Positions 58,287 through 64,000 of a DNA stretch of 64,000 nucleotides are shown here, one piece after another. Under the pieces are notes generated by a model. The model saw only the letters and a list, made by a program, of their open reading frames with translations. It was not told where the DNA came from and ran no database searches. The number at the start of each line of letters is the position of its first letter. The stretch's first letter is position 1. This DNA comes from a virus (taxonomy: Duplodnaviria > Caudoviricetes), in the IMG/VR virus record IMGVR_UViG_2925307165_000003, positions 6,264 through 70,263 of that record. One strand, written 5' to 3'. A program made the translations under genes and the position numbers.

Positions 58287-58760
58287 TTAATGTATCATCC
58301 CCATTTCACGGAGCCTATCCTTAATCTTCTTTATACGGGCTTCTTTTTCAGTGGCTTCTTGTAACCTCGTATCTTTATACTTCTTAATAATCTTCTCCGA
58401 TTTTATTTCGCCGATGTTCGTTTTGTTGTCAATGGTAGCCGTTGGGGCGATCTTGTGATTTTCTATTGTCTTGGGATCTGCAGAAATTCGTTCTAGTAAA
58501 CTGAGTAGAAGCCTTTGCTTTTTAATACCAATCCTCGGCACCTGACATATTTCTTTCCATGTGCAGTTTAATAAACGTTCAAGATCTAAATAACCTTGGA
58601 TGTATAGAGCATTAATAAGCCCCATTAAATCGGGTTCCTGTTCTTCTTCTTGAGCCACGGCTTTTATACAAGCGATATCCATACAATAAAGATGTTGAGG
58701 TATAGAAAAATACGACTTTAACGGTTTATTTATCTCTAAAGAATTTATCATTACCATCAC
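58287..58760 (-). CDS. Protein with RNA polymerase alpha-CTD-like (HhH) segment
   Basis: INALYIQGYLDLERLLNCTWKEICQVPRIGIK. Confidence 0.6.
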   Translation of the reverse strand: MMVMINSLEINKPLKSYFSIPQHLYCMDIACIKAVAQEEEQEPDLMGLINALYIQGYLDLERLLNCTWKEICQVPRIGIKKQRLLLSLLERISADPKTIENHKIAPTATIDNKTNIGEIKSEKIIKKYKDTRLQEATEKEARIKKIKDRLREMGMIH

Positions 58761-58948
58761 TCCAAGATGAAAATTAAGCAGGTCGATTTTATCATATCAA
58801 TTTTTCAAAGAGTAATCTATGTAAAGGTCATCCATGCACGGTCAACTCGTAGCGGAATTCTGCGACCATACCAGATTATACATCCGGTAGGTTTCGACCT
58901 ACTCCGTAGCAGGTCCAAAGCGCTTGGTATGCTCATCAGGCGTTTGAT

Positions 58949-59128
58949 TTATTTAATTTCATCGTTAAGTGAGTCGAGTGCATTCAAGACGATCTTGACG
59001 CTTCTTACCTTCGCAAATGGTGATGTATTTCCGCGAATTTCACTTTTAATGATCCTGATTGCTGTCTCGTAAGGAGAATCGCCAGAATCGCGGAGTGATC
59101 TGAGGACGAAGTCTAATTTGAGTGTCAT
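58949..59128 (-). CDS. Small hypothetical protein (not in ORF track)
   Basis: AAAGGAGGA SD; 59 aa MTLKLDFVLRSLRDSG... Confidence 0.55.
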   Translation of the reverse strand: MTLKLDFVLRSLRDSGDSPYETAIRIIKSEIRGNTSPFAKVRSVKIVLNALDSLNDEIK

Positions 59129-59384
59129 GTTATTCCTCCTTTAGTGGGTTGAAGCCCCTGGATATTAATATACTATTCTTATCAAACCCCAAACCTTATC
59201 AAACCCCAAACTACTGATCATTTTCTGAACATCAAAAGAGCCGCCACAGGAGTAATTCTGCTCAGCTCTTTTTAACTCAAACCTCAAACTCTGCCCGCCC
59301 AGGTATAAGTGTATCTTCAGGTGCGGGTTCTAGATATTCCGGTAGTTCAATGATAAGTAAGTACCTAACGGGAGTAATGGAACT

Positions 59385-59794
59385 CTATCTTGCTTTGACA
59401 GCATTCACAACAGAGCTTTTATTCCAATTATAATGTCAGCATTATTTTGAATTTTGGTTGGCACTTGTTCTTGCCCCCATGGTTTAATGCCAATAATATA
59501 TTTATTGTATGAGATTGCGGTATCTATTTCGTAATCAATCCATTCGCTGTGAGTTTCATACATCTCTGATAGAATGATGACGATTGAGGCTGGCTTGATT
59601 TGTTCATCAATCATTTCCTTCAACTTCTTTTTGCTAATCAGGGCATTCTGATCAATCAGTCCGTCGTGTTCTAGTACTGAGTAATTTTTCCAGTTAAATT
59701 CACACTTTGATTGAGCTTCATTAAGCAATTGAACGATTATATTGTAATGCTCAGTGTATTCCCAAGCATGGCTAATGAAAATATTATAATTCAC
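59385..59794 (-). pseudogene. TIR-like (MTH538/DUF1863, ThsB-like) gene with 3' frameshift
   Basis: IFISHAW, SEWIDYEI, IIGIKPWGQEQVP; the expected WNKSSVVNAVK tail lies in a shifted frame ending at 59385. Confidence 0.75.
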
Positions 59795-60048
59795 TTTACA
59801 CTCCCTTTCTGGTTTTCGACTTCTTGACTGAGAGGAAGTGGATCTTCTGAAGCAGATTCTAAGTGTTCAGGTAACTCATCGATGAGAGAAGACTCACCAA
59901 TGTCAAGAAGAATAGTTTGTGTTCCTTTCGCTACTACAATGCCAATCTTTCCAGCATTCGGACCGGCAGTTATAAGGATACGAATGCCTAGTGTTAAATC
60001 TTCAATTTCCAAATTATTACCTCCAGATATTAATTTTCCCTTATGCAT
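59791..60048 (-). CDS. Small KOW-motif protein
   Basis: GIRILITAGPNAGKIGIVV. Confidence 0.55.
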   Translation of the reverse strand: MHKGKLISGGNNLEIEDLTLGIRILITAGPNAGKIGIVVAKGTQTILLDIGESSLIDELPEHLESASEDPLPLSQEVENQKGSVK

Positions 60049-60375
60049 AATTTTCTCTTATTTAACTCCAAACAACTGATCATTTTCTGAACATCAGTAA
60101 ATCCTAAGACTAAAGTATAAAAAAGACACTGCCAGTAGTAGTAATACTTGCGATCATTTTAGTGAAATCGTGTTATCATATGACCGTTGTGGGAGCACTT
60201 CACGATAAAAGTTAAATGCGAGGGTGACAACTATGCATCTCGACCAATTCCCAAGCAAAGCACAAAATTTCATTTAGAACTCTGTTATGTAGCGATAGAG
60301 AGTTAAGGAAAATCCCCAGTCAAAAGAAATATATATACGAGAGTCTGAGGATTGGATCTATGAAAGAAAAGAGCC

Positions 60376-60708
60376 GTGAATATACACACGGCTCTTTTTG
60401 TAACTCAAAACTCGACTTCTTTCCATCCTGTTGGTGGTGGGTCCTCAGGTACTGGTTCTAGATTTACTCCAAGTCTCCCTGAGCTGGAATGTTTAAGCGG
60501 ACGTATGCCAGTACCAATAAAGGCAGCTCTGAAAGAACTGGTTGAGGAAAATTATATTGAGTGGAATCCAAACACGCCGCCTGAGACGGCGGTTATAATT
60601 GAAGGATGGGAACGTCCTGACTCACGTTTTAAAAAGCGTCAGATAGCATCACAGGAGATACAATGGGGTATGGATGGCGGTAATATTGATTACTGGACGA
60701 TGCACTAG
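60376..60708 (+). pseudogene. Winged-HTH-like ORF preceding YolD, 5' end probably lost
   Basis: PSLPELE..SGR....IKAALKELVEENYIEW; weak start. Confidence 0.45.
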
Positions 60709-60719
60709 GAGGGCTTTAC

Positions 60720-61055
60720 ATGGTTAGAAAAAAACTAGAAGGAAATGGACTATGGGAAGGCAGTCGTATGATTATGCCAGAACATAAGGCAAGGATACTA
60801 GACGATGCGTTGAATGAAGAGACACGTGAAAAACCTGATTTAGATCCCCAAGCATTAGTGGAGATCTCACAGGTATTAGCTCAATCTTTAGAGGATTGTA
60901 GTCCGATTACAATTACATTGTTTGGTGAATATAAAGACAGATCCATCCATGGAATAGTCATGAGAGTCGATTGGCAGTTGAAACAGATTAAGTTCCATCA
61001 TGATGACGATTGGGAATGGATTAAATTAGATAATGTTGTCGGCGTAAGCACGTAA
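60720..61055 (+). CDS. YolD-like protein (paralogue of 56758-57102)
   Basis: Highly similar protein sequence; GGAGG SD. Confidence 0.85.
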   Translation: MVRKKLEGNGLWEGSRMIMPEHKARILDDALNEETREKPDLDPQALVEISQVLAQSLEDCSPITITLFGEYKDRSIHGIVMRVDWQLKQIKFHHDDDWEWIKLDNVVGVST

Positions 61056-61098
61056 GGAAATGTTTCCTGCACATAAATTAATTAAACCCCAACAGTGA

Positions 61099-61323
61099 TT
61101 ATACTGGTGGGGTTTCTTCGTCTTCAGGAGTAAATTCAAGGATATCTTGCACAGTTACATTCAAGTATTTGCAAAGCTTGTCCAACACATCCCGGGGATA
61201 ACGTTCCATTGTGTCATTGTAGACCCGTCTTACAACCTCAAAGTTTATCCCCGTTCCGCGCGCAACTTCTCTAATAGATAAACCGCGTTCGTCCACAATA
61301 ACCTTTAGCTTAGATTTCAACAT
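61099..61323 (-). CDS. XRE-family HTH regulator
   Basis: RGLSIREVARGTGI...LDKLCKYLNVTVQDILEF; SD AGGAGGG. Confidence 0.88.
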   Translation of the reverse strand: MLKSKLKVIVDERGLSIREVARGTGINFEVVRRVYNDTMERYPRDVLDKLCKYLNVTVQDILEFTPEDEETPPV

Positions 61324-61352
61324 CGGACAACCCTCCTGCATTAAAAATAACA

Positions 61353-61435
61353 CGACTTATAAAACAAGTCAATTTGATGTTGACTTACTAAATAGGTCGT
61401 GGTATTCTTGATTCATCGACTTACTAAATAAGTCA
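61353..61435 (+). promoter_or_regulatory. Divergent sigma-A promoter with three palindromic operators GACTT-N7-A(A/G)GTC
   Basis: Operators at about 61354, 61382, 61418; TTGACT-17-TATTCT with extended TG. Confidence 0.8.
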
Positions 61436-61477
61436 AATAAACTTAGCTGGCGGGCATACACAGGAGGGATGAAGGGG

Positions 61478-61618
61478 TGGAAAAGTTAAATACGAGGGAT
61501 ATTTTACTTGATTGAGTTGGCGCTTCGACAAATGAAAGACGGTGCTAGTTCAAGGCAGGAATTGGAGTTGCGGTCTTTGATTGAGAAGTTGCCGCGATTG
61601 GACATCGAGCAAGTTTAA
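61478..61618 (+). pseudogene. Frameshifted small ORF
   Basis: MEKLNTRDIL then shifted frame LIELALRQMKDG...DIEQV*. Confidence 0.4.
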
Positions 61619-61734
61619 CCACCTGATGATGGCTCCAGCGGACAGGAGCCGAAACAATACCGCTGTGAAGCGTGGTTGTCGCGGAATCCGCCATAAGAGG
61701 ACAGCGCGCCCTCACATGTATAGGAGTGATAGAT

Positions 61735-61980
61735 ATGTTGGCAGCTCACCAAAGATTAGCTGAAATTTTTCATGAGAACTTGAAGGGACCATTAAGTGAG
61801 GAACTAGCTATAGAGTTGCAGCATTGTCTCCATGAGAATGCAAAGTATTGTTGGGATTACAATACTCTTAATAATCAACTTATCCAAGCTAGATCCACTC
61901 ATGATACTAATTGGGAAATGGAACTTCTGGTTAAGATGGATTGGCTTAGACGCTCAGGTAGGTTGGTGAAAGGGTATTAA
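61735..61980 (+). CDS. Small helical hypothetical protein
   Basis: AGGAG SD; MLAAHQRLAEIF...LQHCLHENAKYCW. Confidence 0.7.
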   Translation: MLAAHQRLAEIFHENLKGPLSEELAIELQHCLHENAKYCWDYNTLNNQLIQARSTHDTNWEMELLVKMDWLRRSGRLVKGY

Positions 61981-62092
61981 GATAATGCCGCCTGATAGAC
62001 CTATTACGTAGTAAATAAGTAGTATACTCAATACCTGGTAGGGTTATATAATTAACCTAATGAATGAAAATTATGTCAGGTGGTGCATTGTT

Positions 62093-62722
62093 ATGTCGTG
62101 GGAGCCAGTGGGGTTTGTATTTTTTTCAACATTAGAGTTTATAGCTATCTATTTTATTATCTGTGCTTTATTTAGATTAAAACCAGTGGAAATTATATTT
62201 CCAGCATTATTCATCATTTTGTTAATGGATTTACAGAGTTTCTTTTTTAGAGAAGACCTACAGTTAACCGCAATTGTACCCTTTATCAATATTATACTGT
62301 TTGTCTTGCTATTTACAGTTGTGATGCGAATCCCGCTGGTCTGGTCTGCTGTTATATCTGTAATGGGTTATTTTGCTTACGTACTCCTGCAAGTCGCTCT
62401 AGTCCAATTGACTTTTGGATATTTATCCGTAAATGAATTGACGTTACATCCTGAAAAAGGGTATTTATTGCAAACAATCAGCAGTGTATTAGGCATAGGC
62501 GGTTCGCGTGTTTTTTATATGCTAGGTGGAGGGTTCACATTTGATTTTGAGAAATTAAGGCTAAAACGTGAGGCGATTTATGTATATACACTTATCGGCT
62601 GCGCACTATTATTAACGATCTGGCTTCTATACAGTGGCAACACATTAATTGATGTTATCTCTGTATCCATCACATTTATCTTCTTTGCTTATTACGCAGT
62701 TAAAAAGGAGAAGGATAGATGA
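62093..62722 (+). CDS. Multi-pass (about 7 TM) membrane protein; putative peptide sensor without kinase domain
   Basis: Hydrophobic throughout; ATGA-coupled to agrB; no H-box or HATPase motifs. Confidence 0.75.
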   Translation: MSWEPVGFVFFSTLEFIAIYFIICALFRLKPVEIIFPALFIILLMDLQSFFFREDLQLTAIVPFINIILFVLLFTVVMRIPLVWSAVISVMGYFAYVLLQVALVQLTFGYLSVNELTLHPEKGYLLQTISSVLGIGGSRVFYMLGGGFTFDFEKLRLKREAIYVYTLIGCALLLTIWLLYSGNTLIDVISVSITFIFFAYYAVKKEKDR

Positions 62723-63246
62723 TTGATTTTCTCTCCTTGAGAATCGCTCAAGGAATAAAGAAGGGTGTCCCTGATAGCCCTATTACAATTACTGTCATGA
62801 AATATGCACTCTCAATCATTATAAATGCGTTAATGATAATCGTCCTATCGTTACTAATTTCAAGATTAACGGGAAAAACACCAGAGGTAACGATAGCACT
62901 TGCTGTTTTCCCTTTGTTACGACAGGCGTCTGGTGGGTATCATATGCGGTCCGGAATGAAATGTGTTTTGTTTTCTACTGTATTGATTACTTCAATTTCC
63001 CTTGCTGACTTTGATTATTGGACGATCATAACATTGGGTATTGTAAGCTTTATTCTTGTGGGGTTGTTTGCGCCGTCGAATATAGAGAAACAATCCCGAA
63101 TCCCTAAAAATTACTATTCTGTCTTAAAGATTGTATCATTGGTGATCGTATCATCTAATTTTTTAATAGTTTCTCCAGTAATCGGCGCTGCATTCCTCGC
63201 GCAAAGTATCTCATTAATTCGCATGAAAGGGGGTGATATCAAATGA
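62719..63246 (+). CDS. agrB: AgrB-family peptide-processing membrane protease
   Basis: LRQASGGYHM...KC catalytic His/Cys, FAPS; YAL.IIIN N-region. Confidence 0.92.
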   Translation: MIDFLSLRIAQGIKKGVPDSPITITVMKYALSIIINALMIIVLSLLISRLTGKTPEVTIALAVFPLLRQASGGYHMRSGMKCVLFSTVLITSISLADFDYWTIITLGIVSFILVGLFAPSNIEKQSRIPKNYYSVLKIVSLVIVSSNFLIVSPVIGAAFLAQSISLIRMKGGDIK

Positions 63247-63386
63247 AAAATATGATGGCAAGTGTTAAGCGCATGGCACTGACGAACGTGGCTGCTCTAC
63301 TTGGAATAGTAGCTTTATCTTCAGTAAGCACTGCAAGTGCTTGGTACGTGTATAATGGTGAAGTGCCGGAGGAGTTGCTAAAATAG
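63243..63386 (+). CDS. agrD: AgrD-like cyclic lactone autoinducer precursor (not in ORF track)
   Basis: 47 aa MKNMMASVKRMALTNVAALLGIVALSSVSTASAWYVYNGEVPEELLK: amphipathic leader, TAS core, EVPEELLK tail; ATGA-coupled to agrB. Confidence 0.88.
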   Translation: MKNMMASVKRMALTNVAALLGIVALSSVSTASAWYVYNGEVPEELLK

Positions 63387-63403
63387 AGAAGTAGGTGATA
63401 GGT

Positions 63404-63802
63404 GTGCTGAAACTATCCGTAACTCGTGATCCAGAGGGAGAATCTGGATTAAACAATATAGATGTTGATAGTATACTAATGTTGGATTTTGCTATGAGTT
63501 CAGATAAAGTCGCTGTCCATACTGCAGAGGAAATTTATTTTACAGTAGGAACTCTAAAATATTGGAATAAAACTTTAAATAACAGTGGGTACAGATTTGG
63601 AATTGCTGACAGAAGTAATTGTGTGAATTTAGAAAAAATAGAAGTGCTAGATAAAACTTTAAAAATAGCGTATTTCGAAAAAAATTTCACGAGTAAATCA
63701 AAACGCTGTATGATTGCAAGATACCGCTTTAAAGAGGTTGCAGAAAGTTTGATGTTAGTCAATCCTAATATAATCATTACGGCAAGTGAGAGTCTTTATT
63801 AA
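63404..63802 (+). CDS. LytTR DNA-binding-domain-only regulator
   Basis: IDVDSILML...VAVHT...GTLKYW...F...DRSNCVNLEKI; no receiver domain. Confidence 0.82.
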   Translation: MLKLSVTRDPEGESGLNNIDVDSILMLDFAMSSDKVAVHTAEEIYFTVGTLKYWNKTLNNSGYRFGIADRSNCVNLEKIEVLDKTLKIAYFEKNFTSKSKRCMIARYRFKEVAESLMLVNPNIIITASESLY

Positions 63803-64000
63803 AGGCTCTTTTTTTATTACCACAATATTCATAAAATGTAAAGTTAAAAACTCATGTTCGTATATGCAATCTGTCCAGCCATTTGCAATATACAAAATAC
63901 ACAATTTGGTTTTTAATATAAGTATATTCGCGCTATGAAACAGTATTGACCTTTTACTTGGTTGCGTGCTATGGGCTATTTCTTCGTTCGGGAGGAGCAT

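Larger units (their letters stand above)
1..64000 (+). mobile_element. Temperate siphovirus-like phage/prophage (partial; boundaries not visible)
   Basis: Co-oriented replication, packaging, head, tail and lysis modules followed by accessory genes; no integrase or att seen in window. Confidence 0.93.

Noticed and set aside
58767-59072. Plus-strand 101-aa ORF
   Set aside because: No SD; the opposite strand has an ORF with a strong SD (58949-59128)
59385-59794. Complete Thoeris system
   Set aside because: No ThsA-type effector adjacent and the TIR-like gene appears frameshifted
61981-62050. LytTR direct-repeat binding site upstream of the cassette
   Set aside because: Only short imperfect repeats (CCTGATAG/CCTGGTAG, GTAGTA x2) without the typical spacing; too weak to call
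63803-64000. Prophage attachment site or 81-aa minus-strand ORF
   Set aside because: AT-rich intergenic-like sequence; no integrase or paired repeat in the window to define att

Overview
The whole window reads as most of one temperate, long-tailed (siphovirus-type) phage or prophage of a spore-forming Bacillales host, most likely Paenibacillus (inferred from protein style). Order on the + strand: recombination/replication module (SbcC/SMC-like ATPase, UvrD helicase, SSB, initiator with iterons, DnaI-like loader, beta clamp, dUTPase); small accessory genes (HNH, sigma factor, GreA-like); ArpU/RinA-like late activator; terminase, portal, head, tail and lysis genes; then about 13 kb of accessory genes. 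No integrase or att site is visible. Most notable: (1) a kinase-less, receiver-less agr-like cassette (multi-TM protein, AgrB, unannotated 47-aa AgrD, LytTR-only protein) at 62.1-63.8 kb, a candidate phage peptide-communication system; (2) a ~400-nt highly structured non-coding region just after the late promoter; (3) a 16-bp palindrome (A/C)AGGAAAnnTTTCCT(T/G) found 7 times across the window; (4) a repeated structured intergenic element among the small early genes; (5) an SF2 helicase plus small partner, a candidate defence pair. Family assignments come from recognising motifs by eye; no searches or folding programs were run.
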